This document shows, piece by piece, positions 23,651-36,322 of a stretch of DNA of 64,000 bases. Numbering within the stretch: position 1 is the stretch's first letter; each line of letters starts with the position of its first letter. Source of the stretch: Azolla caroliniana (taxonomy: Eukaryota > Plantae > Polypodiophyta). The notes under the pieces are model-generated. The model saw only the letters and a program-made list of their open reading frames with translations, searched no databases and was not told where the DNA came from. Where the stretch lies: contig JBHGNT010000007.1 of assembly GCA_043228905.1 (NCBI GenBank), forward strand, positions 13,268,001 through 13,332,000. Direction: 5' to 3'. A program made the position numbers and the translations under genes.

Positions 23651-26600
23651 ACGGGATCTAGACGTAACTATCGGAGGACATGCATTCTGCATTTCGGCGG
23701 TGGTTCTCTAGCTCAATGCGCAAGGGGCTTACCCGCTGTTGCTGGATGGCCCATGGCTAAAAACGGCATATATCAAACAAAACTGGCGGAAAAACATGAT
23801 TACCTTCCGGCGAGGAAAGACTAAAGTAACGGTACCTAACCCACCCTTGAGCAAGTATAGGCAAGGAGCTAACATTGCTATATGCAGAAGGTGTAAACAT
23901 GCTCGAGGGGCTTGCGGACGAAGAGGTCGACCAATACTTAGAAGAAAACCCAAAAATTCTACCCCTATTTGAAATCGATGTGGCAGAAGCGGTGTCACCA
24001 TATATAACGCAATCGGACGATGCCGTCGAGGAACCGGATCAGGAAGCTATCAAAGAATTACGGCAAGCATAGGAAGCTCTAGAGAGGGAGGTGGCGGTAT
24101 CCCAACGCGTGAAAGCATACCAATTAGAGGAAGTGAACTTAGGAACCGGGGACGACGCAAGACCGGTTCATATTGCTAAGGAAATGGCATCGGATAACAA
24201 GACGGCGATGATCACTTTATTAAAGGAATTTCGGGATGTATTCGCCTGGTCATATGAAGACATGCGGGGGTTGGATCCTCAGTTGTACCAACACCAGATA
24301 CATCTCAGTAAGGATGCCAAACTAGTAGCACAACGGCGTTACCGAATGAACCCCAACTATGCGGCCAAGGTCAAAGAGGAAATTGACAAGTTGCTACAAG
24401 TCGGTTTTATCCGACCAGTGAAAAAAGCTACATGGTTAAGCCCCATCGTCGTCGTGCCGAAAAAGAACGGTAAGATCCGGGTGTGCGTCGACTACCGGAA
24501 ACTCAATGCGGCAACAGTGACCGACGCCTTTCCACTTCCATTTACGGATGGAATCCTAGACGCGGTAGCCGGTCATGAAGTGTATAGCTTTCTAGACGGT
24601 TTCAACGGCTACAATCAAATAAGGATGCACCCTGGAGACCAAGACAAGACAATGTTCGTCACCGGATGGGGAGTTTTCGTTGCGGTGGTAATGATGTTCG
24701 GGCTCAAGACCGCACCAACGACCTTCCAACGAATAATCATGGAAATATTTGGTGAGTTCATTCCGGCATTCATGCAGGTATTCCTGGATGACTTCGCCGT
24801 GTATACTCGAGAAGGAGAGCATCTCCAACACCTCCGTCTATGTCTTGAGAAATGCAGGAGTTATCAGTTAAACTTGAATCCAGCAAAGTGTGTGTTTGGA
24901 GTAACAAGCAGTGCATTGTTGGGCCATCTTGTCCGCAAGGACGGGATCGCGGTAGACCCCGACAAGGTCAAAGAAATCTTAGAAGCACCGGCACCATCCA
25001 CGGCTAAAACTTTGAGTCGGTTTCTAGGGAAAATCCGGTGGCATAGTCGGATGCTCCAGTATTTGGCCAATCTTGCTACACCATTGCATGTCGCGGTTCA
25101 CCGGATACGTTTCAATGGACAAATACAGAGGATGAGGCTTACCGGGCACTAAAAGTACTGCTATCACGAGCACCGGTGGTGCAACCACCAGACTGGTCAA
25201 AAGAATTCCACGTGTTCGTTGATGTGTCCGACATAGCAATCGGCAGCGCACTAATGCAACTGACTGAACCGAAATGGTACCGACCGGTTTATTATGCGAG
25301 CCAGAAGCTATCCCAAGCAGAACGAAATTATTCAACAACGGAAAGAGAAGCCTTAGAAATGATTTACAGTGTTACCAAGTTCAGGCACTATTTATTGGGA
25401 AGGAAATTTTCATTTCATGTCGACCACTCAGCGCTATTATATTTGGTCTCAAACGCATCGCTCACCTGCAAGCTGCCCCATTGGACATTGTTGCTACAAG
25501 AGTTTGAGTTCGAAATATATCACCAGCCGGGAATACGGCATGTGGTTGCCGATTATTAGATTCCGGCGAGACCGGTGATGGAGTTCCGGATGCCAAGTTG
25601 TTTAAAGTAACAGTAGAAACGGCAGCCGATAGCACGGTAGTCGACGAAGACAAGTGGCTACCCAACATGCATCAATTCCTAAGCATGGGACTCCCACCGA
25701 AGGAGATGAACCGGGATGAGCGGAAGCGATTAGCGGTACAAAGCCGACATTTTTGTCTACTAAAGGACACCCTGTACCATAAAGGTGTGGATGACATACA
25801 GCGGCGAGCAGTGCGAAGCGACGAAAAGGACACAATATTACGAGAAGCGCATGGTGGCGTTGCTGGAGGGCACTATGTTAGGGCTGCTACAACAAGAAAG
25901 ATATGGCACATCGGGCTATGGTGGCGGACAACATTGAAGGACTTGGTTCGGTATGCGAAAGTCTGTGATTTATGTCAATGGATGGGCCAACCAATAGAAC
26001 AGGCAAGGATGCCTCACCAGCCGGTACTACCCTTAGAACCATTTCAAAAATGGGAGTTGGATTTCGTTGGGCCGTTTAAACCTCCCACAATGAGAACCGG
26101 CAACAGATATGTTATAGTCGCCACCGATTATTGCACCAAGTGGGTAGAAGCCAAGGCTTTGTGGGACAACACTACGGCATCAACGGCAAAGTTCTTATAT
26201 GAGTACATCTGGTGCCGATATGGATGCCCGATTGAGTTAATTAGTGACCAAGGCGGACATTTTCTCAGTCAAGTAGTGGAAAGCTTAACAACATTCTATG
26301 TCATGGTACACAAGCGCAGTACCCCTTATTATCCACAGGCCAATGGACTGGCCGAATCCATAAACAAAACGCTCCAAAACATCATGCGAAAGATCATCAA
26401 TGAAAACTGGACCGATTAGGACACCAAGCTGCATAGTGCACAATGGGCATACCGAACGGCATGCAAAATGAGTATCCGGTCAACGCCATTCTAGTTAGCA
26501 TTTGGACTGGAAGCAGTAATGCCGATCAAATTTCAGGTCCTGAGTTTGCGGATACAGGTTAGAGAACGGCTAAGTGAAAAGGAATCAGAAAAAATCTAGT

Positions 26601-27248
26601 TAACCGCATTATGCAAACTTGAGGAGCATCGGATAACAAGTCTCATGCAGTTGGAATTGGAGCAGTGACAAAGGAAAGCGTTTGTCGATCGGCACCGAAA
26701 GGGTAATGAGAAGATGTTCGGGATCGGCAAGCCGGTACTAGTGTTCCAGACCCAAATGGGTTAGATGCTAGGAAAGCTACGGTTCCGGTGGACCGGACCG
26801 TATTGGATAATGCGGCAATTCAACGGTTCATGCCAGCTCGGAACGCTCGCTGGTGAGATAATGGGCAAATGGGTCAATGGGTTTCGACTCAAACCATATT
26901 GTGGACATATGTCACAAAATCCATTCGAGCAGACGGAGGCTGATACAATAGTAGGAAGCAGGAAAAAAGTACCCGACAATCAGGCGGAGCCGGCGTTACC
27001 GGATAACGACAAACAGGTGGCCGGCAAACGTGAATATGGGGAAAAACCGGGATATGGATCCGGTGCTTCCGATTAACTAAAACTCAATTTTTAAAGAAAT
27101 GAAAAGAAAAGAAAAGAAAAAGAAAAGTCATCATGCAGAGGCGAGGAGCGAACGGGCACTTTGAAAAGGTGTGGTGGGTGGCTAATTAAAGCCCTTTAAA
27201 AAAGGCGCACTACGTGTCAACCGACTGCTATATTAGTACAAGACGTGC

Positions 27249-30200
27249 ATGCGTGGGAATCAAGAAAAGGCGCCACGCATGGAGAAAGAAAACCTTCGCT
27301 GCATAGAGTCCCTTTCATTTCACGAACACAGAGATCTCGGCGCACACAGGCGATTACGAGTAATTAGGCGCGAGCATGCAAAACACACAGGCGCACCAAT
27401 CTTACCACAACCTACCGACTCCGATGACGACATGGAATGCATGGTACTCTCAGAAGCGGCTAAGAAATGGCTGAAGCAACACGATCTAGAGGGATTCTTG
27501 AGAATAGTCGAAGCACCGCCGCACGGAGACGCGGAAAATATCGTCAAAGACATCGACACAGAGGTCATCACCGAGGAAGCCATCCGAGCCCTGACCAGCT
27601 TACCGGAAGGGGGAATATACTCAATCAAAAACCCTTCACAAGAGTTGTTGACGAGGTATTTCGGTGAATACTCCCTGGGTAGGAAGGCATACCGCACGCA
27701 AGGCGGTGAAGACATATTGTTTTAGGAAATTGCTCCGGTACTATATGAGGATGGTCATGTATACCCCTGACCACCGGCTATGCCCAGGAATAGAGTCGGT
27801 TTGTTCATAGCTACTTACGAGGGAGTATAGGTGGATTGGCCGGTAATGATCGCCAACAGCCTAAGCGATGCCATCATCTCAATAAAAGATGGCAAAAAGA
27901 TGTGGACAGCAGTGGCGCAATGGCTCACTCTGTTAGCACCGCCGGTGGAGCCCATGAAACAAAGGAAGAGGGGAAGACCAATAGAATCAACCCCCAAAAC
28001 AACTTCAAAATGGCAGCAACTCTTGGCTACCCAGGCGAAGGAACGACCGAATCGGAAGCGGTCGGAAGAGAAGTCGGCATCGGTGGACACCTCGGGGAGA
28101 CCTTTGAAAATCAAGCTACGCCTGACAGAACAACAAGCAGAACAGCAACCGGAGAAAACGCACGGGTAGGACCCCTTGGCGGCATTAATCAACAGCAAGA
28201 CCCTAGAGGAAGAACAGCAGGAAGATGAGCCTACGAAGACGATGTTACATCGTCGCCAGACAAATGAAAAGGGCCACGAAGGGGGGACGTCAAGGCTAGT
28301 GGAGGATATTATACTGGAAGCCCTCCCTGAGGAGCCGCAGCCTAGGAAGGCGGTAGAACTAGCTCAACAAGAATCAGGGATGGAGCAATTGGTGTGGCAG
28401 GACATCGTGGAACCAGCAGTCCAGGACAACGCAGTACCGGTGGATCAGGAACCGGTCATTGAATTGTCGGCATCGCCGCCACAGTAGCAATAGCCAAAAC
28501 CAGAGTGACCGCTTGACGTAGTCGTCAATAGTAGGCTCATGGCCAGTGAAAACTCCCTCCCACGACCAGAACCGGCACGACAATAAGGCACCGGCAGTCA
28601 ATGGCTACGATGGGTAGCAAAACAAGTGACTAGGGTTGTCTGCTAGTTAGAAGCGGAAGAGAAAGTGCATGAAGACCGGTTGCTAGACACAACCGAAGAA
28701 TTAGAGAAGGCCCGGTCAAGAATCTGAAGCATGGAGAAAGACATAGAGAAGGCCAGAATAGAAATGGCCAAGTTGGTCGTAGAAGGACCACAGCAATCGG
28801 AACCAGTGGCTCCGGTAACTTTACAAAGCAATCAGACCACGGTGACTGAGGCAGACCCGGATACTCATGAAACGTCAACACAAGAGCTCACTAAGGGAAG
28901 ACCTGGCGGCACAAGAAACCTTACAAGCCAGGGAATGAGAATTGAAAAAAGTAGTGGAGGAGGAACAACGGAAGACGACCGACAACCTCTACCGAATAGA
29001 GGAAAGCTTGAGAAGAGGTCATCAAGCGTATGACCGGCTGAAAGAAGAGAGAGACAAAATCTTGCAAGAAAAAGAGAAACTCTAGTGAACGGCAAAAGTG
29101 GAGATTGAGCGCCTCAAAGAAGAGCTCTGGCAACAAAAAGACCGTGAGGACCGTGCTCGCCGTCTTATCAATCAAAAGCTAAAACAGAAAACCGACGACT
29201 TCGACCGACTGCACCAGGATTATAAGCATTTGGATGTTGATCATAAGAAATTGATTACTGAAGGTGACCGGCAGCAAGAAAAGTGCAAGGAACTCCGGGA
29301 GGAAATTAACCAGATAACGGCGGCATTGATGGACGAGCAGTCGAAGGGAGCCGAAGCAGCTAAACAACTGGCGAAAGCAGCGAAAGAGCGACTAGACCTG
29401 CAAGCGAAGCACCATGCGGAAACGGAGCACGACACAATGACCCTGAACAGAGTTCAGAGGACTTATCAAACCCAACTCATGCACTACAGAAGCCAAGAAG
29501 TGGCAACCACGAGCCTGATCAAACTATTGAAGGACGAAAAACAGGCCGGGGAGAACAAGTCGAAGATGGGGCTGGGGCGGATCCGAGATATCGTACTAGC
29601 ATGGAGGAATCGAACGAAGCAATTAGTGGAAGAAAGCTCAGTATAATGGTGGTTTAAGTAGGCTAAGCAGGTAGCGAAGCTACAATAGTTGCGGGCAGAT
29701 CGGAAAACTGGAGGAAAGAGGGCGACGAAGTTTACATCCTGGATAAGGAAAGCATCAAAGCGATAAAGGAAGAACTATCGGATGATTTCATATCCTTGGT
29801 TGATGAGGAGAGGGTGGCGGTACGCCAGTTGGTGGCACAGCTGGATGATGACCAGCTAGACAACAAACTCTATTTCGAAAAGTACAAGCGGGAACGGCGA
29901 CGGCAAGAAGTGGCCAAGAAAACGGCGGCGATTAGCATCAGTGACGAGGAGCCATCTTCAGAACAAACATCGGTTAAAGCCGGGGGAAGCCAACTAGATA
30001 GTACTCAGAAGGAGCCACTAAAGGAAGGTCATGTGCAGGAACCAGTGCACGCCGGACAACAGAACCAGGAGACGCCAAGGCCAATAGAGCCGCCAAGACC
30101 AGTAGAGACGGAAAAGGAAGAAGAGTCGGCAAGACCAGTAGAGCCGGAAAAGGAAGAAGAGCTGGTAAGACTAGTAGAGCCGGAAAAGGAGGAAGTGTCG

Positions 30201-30400
30201 GTCAGACCGACAGAGCCGCAGGAAGAGGCAGCCACAGCAGTAGAGTGGCAACGAGAGCAGCCGAAGGAACATAAGCAATCGAGGCAACAACAGGAGGAGG
30301 AACAATAGCAGCAGCAGATGATAGAACAGCTTCCCGAAGAACCATTGGAACCCTTAGATCAAAGCATTTCGGACATTTTGGAGGATGAATGAAACCAGAT
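27249..30400 (+). pseudogene. Additional sense ORF downstream of integrase in B (coiled-coil/acidic, env-position)
   Basis: Chain of ORF pieces 27249-27725, 27831-28169, 28176-28487, 29098-29646 and 29796-30308; heptad-like E/K/Q-rich stretches; 36-bp repeats encoding RPVEPEKEEESA. Confidence 0.8.
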
Positions 30401-30999
30401 TGTGGGATTTGACGTACAAGGTACTGTCCCACAGGCGTGGCATGTGTTAACCGGCCGGCAAGGAAGTCCAGAATGGAAGAAGGGGATAATTAATAATCGG
30501 GAGCTGATTATATATATATAGAATTATTATAAGCGAACGGACAGACCCAAAATCGGTATGCCGATCCGAATCCGGACCAATTCATAGCCGGTTGCTAGTT
30601 GGCACCGGTTTGTACCTAGAGCCGGAGACCTATAAAAGGGCCCGGTGAGATTGTAATCATTAGCGGATAATTAATAGAGTGTTGTTTTGTATCTTATTCA
30701 TTGTTAATTATCGTTCTGTGCTAAGTGTAATTTATCCTACGTGTGTATTGTGACTAATAATCTTGCCGCTTAGTAACCAATTAGGGTTTCATTAATAGTC
30801 GGTCGAACTTTATCTCACCGCAACACCCCTTTGGTGAAATGTCTCAAAGGGACAACCTGTGTTAGGACATTGTCAGTCCCTAGCGATAACAGTATTGTCG
30901 TAAAGCAAACCTCGGGTCTTCTCTATCCCTTCAATACTCCCTAGTCCAAGACCCACGTGGTCCCGCCCAAGTAACACGCGCGCGCAAAACTTCGACATA

Positions 31000-31283
31000 G
31001 TTGGCCATCACTTTGTGACTATTCAGGCTCGATTGCTGCCATTGTTCGCACCAACTGAGTTCACTTCTCCATTGTTGCCATTGTGTGCTCAGTTTCCGCC
31101 ATTGTTTGGTCCTGGATTGTTGCCACAGTTCGCTTCGACTAAGTTACCTCCTCCATTGTACGCTCAATTGTTGCCACTGTTCGGTCCTTGATTGTTGCCA
31201 TTGATCGCAACTTGATTGCTGCCATTGATCGCAACTTCATTGTTGCCATTGTTTGCTCCTCGATTGATGACATTATTCGCTAC
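31000..31283. repeat. Degenerate short tandem repeats (ATTGTTGCCATTG motif), continuing after E at 36327-36660
   Basis: Recurrent GATTGTTGCCATTGTTCGC-like units about 20-30 bp apart. Confidence 0.7.
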
Positions 31284-31287
31284 ACGG

Positions 31288-34200
31288 TGTCATGTTGCTA
31301 CGCGCGTGCGTGGCGAAAGGAGGGACCACGGGGGTCTTGGACTAGGGAGTGACGGAGCGTAGGAAGTCGTACTTCACCGTTTCCGGGGCATCCCAGAAGC
31401 ACACCGAAAGCAACCGAAGGGAGAGAGAGAAAGAGAGGGACCGCGCGCTTGACACCGACTCACGCACACACAAGCCGACACAACTCACGCCCTTATGCAC
31501 AGGAAACGCAAGAAAGGGGAACACCAAAACACCCGCACAAACACCGGACCCCAACAAAGACATGAATACGCACAGATAGACACAAATGTATATATATATG
31601 AATGGAAGAATACATTCCCGGCTTCGTGCCGGACCAAGGTAGGTTATAGCAGTCGTCTGCTGTCAAGCCGCCGTCGGGGAGCTCTCAGCTCGTTGCGCCG
31701 AGCCGGGTCTTGCACAGGAGGCCGAGCCGAAGCAAACCCTAAGCCAAACACGAAGGGGGGGGAGAAGAAGAAGTGTAACTAACCCTAAATCTAACGGTAT
31801 ACCCTCTAACGCAAAATGGGCAACCCTTTCACAAAGGGTGCTCCCTTCCTTTTATAGAACAACGAGAGGGATACGTTACAATGTGGGATAAATCCCGACT
31901 TACATGGGATCGTCTGTCCCGACTTGACTACTCTTCGGCGCCATAAAGGCACCCTCGTTATTCATACTAAATGTACAAGGGTGATCACACATGCTGCACC
32001 CCGCCGATGTAGCCAATGTTTCCCGGTTTCCGCCTCTGGCCGAAATTCTTCACGACATCCGCCCCCACCAAACCGCACGTCCACCGATACATGCCAAATC
32101 CGGTGAAGGGTGAGAGATTTCAGCCGGTGAGAAACCGGTCAACCACGATCCGCATCTCGGCTCGCTGCCGGTTCGAACCGTCGGCTTCGGTTCTTCCTTC
32201 ACGCTTACCTCCCCGTAGGCTCGTTTGACCCGTCGATGGGTCCTTCACCGCAATCTCCGTAGTACGCGTACTTCCGCCGGCCCTCGTTCGGCCGTATGCA
32301 CGCCCCGCTCTCCGTCGTATGCCCAATGTCCTCCGCTTGAGGGATGCCCGTAGTGGCCCGCTTCGCCTTTCCTGTTTTGCGTTGCTGCAACAGGTCCTGA
32401 GACTTCCGCTTGCCGTCATCCCCTCGCCCCCACCAGCTTGTCATCCCGGGCTTGCCGTGTCAATCTTCGCTACTCTAACTGAGCTGACGAGATCTACGAA
32501 GCGAGTGTGGAGGATCCTCCTCCGGACTCCCTTGACATCCCCTAACTCCGACCCTGTGCAGTCCACTATGCACTCGTCACCTTGTTCCCGGCACCTCCCT
32601 TGTGCCGTCTTCCGCTTCCTTTGTCCGGCTCCGCTCGTGCCGAACACCATCCTGTAGTCACGCTTCGATCCGGCCCGCGATGGCCACTTGCGAGACTCTT
32701 GTTCCGTCCCAGGTGTGCCTTTCCGGCCTGACACACCTCCCCGTGTTTGCCCCTACCGGCTCCTTCCGAAACCGTAACCGGCCGGTGAGGGTTTCGCAGT
32801 TCGTTCGCCCGTCTTACCGGCTCCCTATCCGCTATCTCGTGTCGTTGGGTCTCGTTCCCTACCGCCACCGTCCATCTCCCTAGGTCTCACGTTGCCACGT
32901 TGGCCGAACTGCCGGAGTCTCCGGATCGGTGTGAGGGTCACATAGGACCGGACTCCGTCTCTATGCTTGCCGAAATTCGGGTGTCTTTTGTTGGAATCCT
33001 TCACGACTGTCCTCGTGTCTTCCGCGTAGCCGGGTTCCGTCTTCGTGTTGTCGGGTCCCGTTTCCCGCCGCCACCAACCTTCTCTCTCGGTCTCATGTTG
33101 CCACGTCGGCCGAACTGCCGGAGTCTCTGGTTCGGTGTGGGGATCCCGTAGGACCGGACTTCCTTATGCCCACTCACCTCGCCGGAAGGTTTGACATGGT
33201 CCGTAGCTGCCTTGCCGGCCTCATACCTCCTTGCCGTCCGTCACCTCCTATCGTCCGATCACGTTCTCCTGCCGCCACCGATCTCCCCTATAGGACTCAC
33301 GCCGGCACTCGGGCCGACTGCCGGATCGGTGTGAGTGTCTTCGTGGGACCTCCCGTTCTGACTTCGGTTGCTCGCCTTGCCGTCGCCACCGTTCCTTACT
33401 CTAGGTCCCAAGCCTCCTCTTGTCGTTGGCTGCCGGACTCTCTGGAATCGGTGTGTGTAAGGTCACAGTTGCACCGCTCTGCCTCCGCCATCATCTTCTG
33501 TTGGTCACGTTCACCTGCCGCCACCGTCCTTTCCTATAGGACTCACGCCGGCTCTCGGGCCGACCGCCGGATCAGTGTGAGAGGATCTCCGTAGACCGCG
33601 CATCCGTAGCCCTTTTTCCCTCGTCCCCTCGCCGCCACCATTCGTCACTTTAGGCCTCGCGCCGACTCTCGGGCCGATCGTCGGTTTCTGTGGAACTGGT
33701 GTGAAGGATCCTCCTCGGGCTTGCCATATATCTGACCCTTATCCCGGGTCTTCCTTCTTTCGTAAGACAAGGGGGTGGCTCACTCCACACCCTCTCCTGT
33801 GGTACCGACGTACCGTGTTCCCGGCCTCTTCGTAGGCCTGCTCTCTCCCTCCCTCCCGGAATGGTTTTCCGGAAGTCCGTTCCGCCCGGTTCTCGTCTGG
33901 GTCCATTCATCATTCTCTGGGTTGCCGGGTACCGTTCTCCTGTCGCCACCGACCTCTCCTATAGGACTCACGCCGGCACTCGGGCCGACAGCCGGGTCAG
34001 TGTGTGGATCTCCGTAGGACCGGTCTTTGTTCTCCTCTTCATCCCTTGTACTTCTCCCGAACTCGTCGTTGCTCTCCTTCTCACGTTCTCGCCTCCATCT
34101 CCCATCTCCCTAGGTCCTACGTCGGCGCTCGTTACCAGCTGCCTGAGTCTCCGGATAAGACGCGGTGCTTCCGTCCCATAACTATTTGCGGACGCTTGTT

Positions 34201-36322
34201 CGGGGTACCGCTCCCAAGTACGTTCGGTGAGAAGCATCTGGTCTGTGATCAACCAAGCCCCGCCTGGCTTGGTTCTCCAATATCCGTAGTTTCGGTTCTG
34301 ATGCCGACCTCTCCGGACTCGTTCCGAACCCTTGACCACTTCCCTTCCAATTCCCGACCTTCGCCCGATCGGTCTTTCTCCCCATGTAAAAGAGGGCGGC
34401 TCGTCCTGCACCCTCTTCCGTATCAGCACTTTCATGCCGAATCCGGCCCCGATCGAACGATCCACGACCGGATTCTGCTCCATCCGAATCGGAATGCCGA
34501 TCTTCTCGTGCCGCTTCCGTCCTCGGCCTCCTCGCAGGCCATTTCCCATCCCTCTTCGCTGGCATCGTGCCAGGACTCCTCGCCGGCGCCTCCCTTCTCT
34601 CCGGTCTCATGTCGGCACACGGGCACGATCGTCGGAGTCTCTGGAATCCGCGTGGAGGGCTCTTCTCCACTCCCGACCTTGTCCTCAGTCGGCAATTCTC
34701 CACAAGTCGAGAGGGTGGCTCGCTCCGCACCCTCTCCCGTGGTATTGTCGTACCGATCTTCCGCCATCTCGTGGGGCAAGACCGTCTCCTCGGTCTCAAC
34801 TTGGGGCCTCGATCTTTCGTCTTCCTCGAGCATTGCCTCGAGAGTTGCGTACACCTCCGCAATCCTGGCCCCAACGCCGACCCTTGCCAGCTCCCTTTAT
34901 CGTCCGGCCTCTACCCGCTGTGATGGCACGCCGCGCGTCTTCCACTTAGCCTTCTCGGCTCGCTCATCGTCTAGCCGTTGGCACACCCTTCCGACCTTCG
35001 ACCAGTCCTCCGTAAGCCCATTCACTCCATCATCGTCTTCGAGCTCCATCCCGATGGCCTCCCGTTCCGCTCGGTCGATCGACCTGACGAACAATAGGAC
35101 CTTGTCCGTCCCCACCAAACCTTGTTCCCGCTTTGGGAGCCGAGCAAGCCGTCGCTCGAACTCTCGGAACGCCTTCGTCGCGCCCCGGTGGGTCTTTGCC
35201 GATGCGACCCACTGGTCGAAGTCGTGTCGTCCCCGGCTCTTCCGCCGTCCTCCGTATGCCTTAAGGAGCGCCTCTTCGAAGGCCTCGCACGAACTATGAG
35301 CCTCACAGAGCTCCTTTACTTCTGCATGCATCCGGACAGCTACGACCCGACAGAAGAACTCCAGCCTCAATGCCTCGTCTACGCCACGCTCCTCCATTTC
35401 CGCGTTGTAGGATTCCAAGTAAGATGGGACTTTGTCCCCGTTGAAACGTCCGACTCTTTCGACCACTCGCTCAACCGCTTGTTGCACTGCTTCTCGCCTC
35501 ATCACCACTCGTGCCGACTCCAACACCACTTCGGCCACCATCACCGCGAGGTCGTCGTCTTCCGACTCCATCCTTCCTTGCCGCCCTTCATGTCGGGTTC
35601 ACCAAATATGTCACGTTGCTACGCACGTGCGTGGTGAAAGGCGGGACCACGGGGGTCTTGGACTAGGGAGTGACGGAGCGTAGAAGCACACCGGAAGCAA
35701 CCGAAGGGAGAGAGAGAAAGAGAGGGAGTGCGCGCTTGACACCGACTCACGCACACACAGGCCGACACGACTCACGCCCTTATGCACAGGAAACGCAAGA
35801 AAGGGGAACACCAAAACACCCGCACAAACACCGGACCCCAACAGAGACATGAATACGCACAGATAGACACAAATGTATATATATATGAATGGAAGAATAC
35901 ATTCCCGGCTTCATGCCGGACCAAGGTAGGTTACAACAGTCGTCTGCTGTCAAGCCGCCATCGGGGAGCTCTTGCACAGGAGGCCAAGCCGAAGCAAACC
36001 CTAAGCCAAACACGAAGGGGGGGGAGAAGAAGAAGAAGTGTAACTAACCCTAAATCTAACGGTATACCCTCTAACGCAAAATGGGCAACCCTTTCACAAA
36101 GGGCACTCCCTTCCTTTTATAGAACAACGAGAGCGATGCGTTACAATGTGGAATAAATCCCGACTTACATGGGATCGTCTGTCCCGACTTGACTACTCTT
36201 CGGCGCCATAAAGGCACCCTCGTTATTCACACTAAATGTACAAGGGTGAGCACACATGTTGCACCCCGCCGATGTAGCCAATGTTTCCCGGTTTCCGCCT
36301 CTGGCCGAAATTCTTCACAACA
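31288..36322 (-). mobile_element. Non-autonomous gag-only Gypsy element E (Trp-primed)
   Basis: Near-identical LTRs 35609-36322 and 31288-32057; 4-bp TSD ACGG; PBS plus-strand TCATGTCGGGTTCACCA at 35588-35604; PPT region nearly identical to that of A; no PR/RT/RH/INT motifs seen in 32058-34900. Confidence 0.93.
34897..35571 (-). CDS. Gag (capsid-like) protein of element E
   Basis: 224-aa ORF; VGRFNGDKVPSYLESYNAEM...EFERRLARL...DKVLLFVRSID aligns with A gag (MDRFNERDTTSYLDAYKDEM...EFEKRFTRL...SKVLLSIKVVD). Confidence 0.85.
   Translation of the reverse strand: MESEDDDLAVMVAEVVLESARVVMRREAVQQAVERVVERVGRFNGDKVPSYLESYNAEMEERGVDEALRLEFFCRVVAVRMHAEVKELCEAHSSCEAFEEALLKAYGGRRKSRGRHDFDQWVASAKTHRGATKAFREFERRLARLPKREQGLVGTDKVLLFVRSIDRAEREAIGMELEDDDGVNGLTEDWSKVGRVCQRLDDERAEKAKWKTRGVPSQRVEAGR

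Larger units (their letters stand above)
19935..27076 (+). pseudogene. gag-pol of element B (split by two solo LTRs)
   Basis: ORF pieces 20853-21575 and 21545-22072 (gag), 22458-22868 (PR), 24091-25152 (RT), 25176-25559 (RNase H), 25598-26419 (integrase HHCC and core) and 26765-27076 (GPY/F module). Confidence 0.93.
19432..30891 (+). mobile_element. Full-length non-chromovirus Ty3/Gypsy element B with extra 3' ORF
   Basis: LTRs 19432-19881 and 30445-30891 (TGTTAAC...GATAACA); perfect TSD GTATT; PBS TGGCGACCAC (probably Arg-type, recalled from memory); gag with two CCHC; PR VDEGSGVN; RT WLSPIVVVPKKNGKIRVCVDYRKLN...FLDD; RH; INT. Confidence 0.96.
4734..30997 (+). mobile_element. Ty3/Gypsy element A (tRNA-Trp primed), pseudogenised, hosting nested elements
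   Basis: 5' LTR 4734-5996 (TGTCGTG...GCGACA); PBS TGGTGAACTCGACGTGAA at 6002-6019, complementary to the plant tRNA-Trp 3' end; PPT GGTGGGGGTGGA before the 3' LTR; 3' LTR at 16861-19431 resuming at 30897-30997. Domain order gag-PR-RT-RH-INT. Confidence 0.93.

Noticed and set aside
34004-35299. 431-aa plus-strand ORF
   Set aside because: Ser/Pro-rich antisense shadow of the GC-rich gag region of element E.
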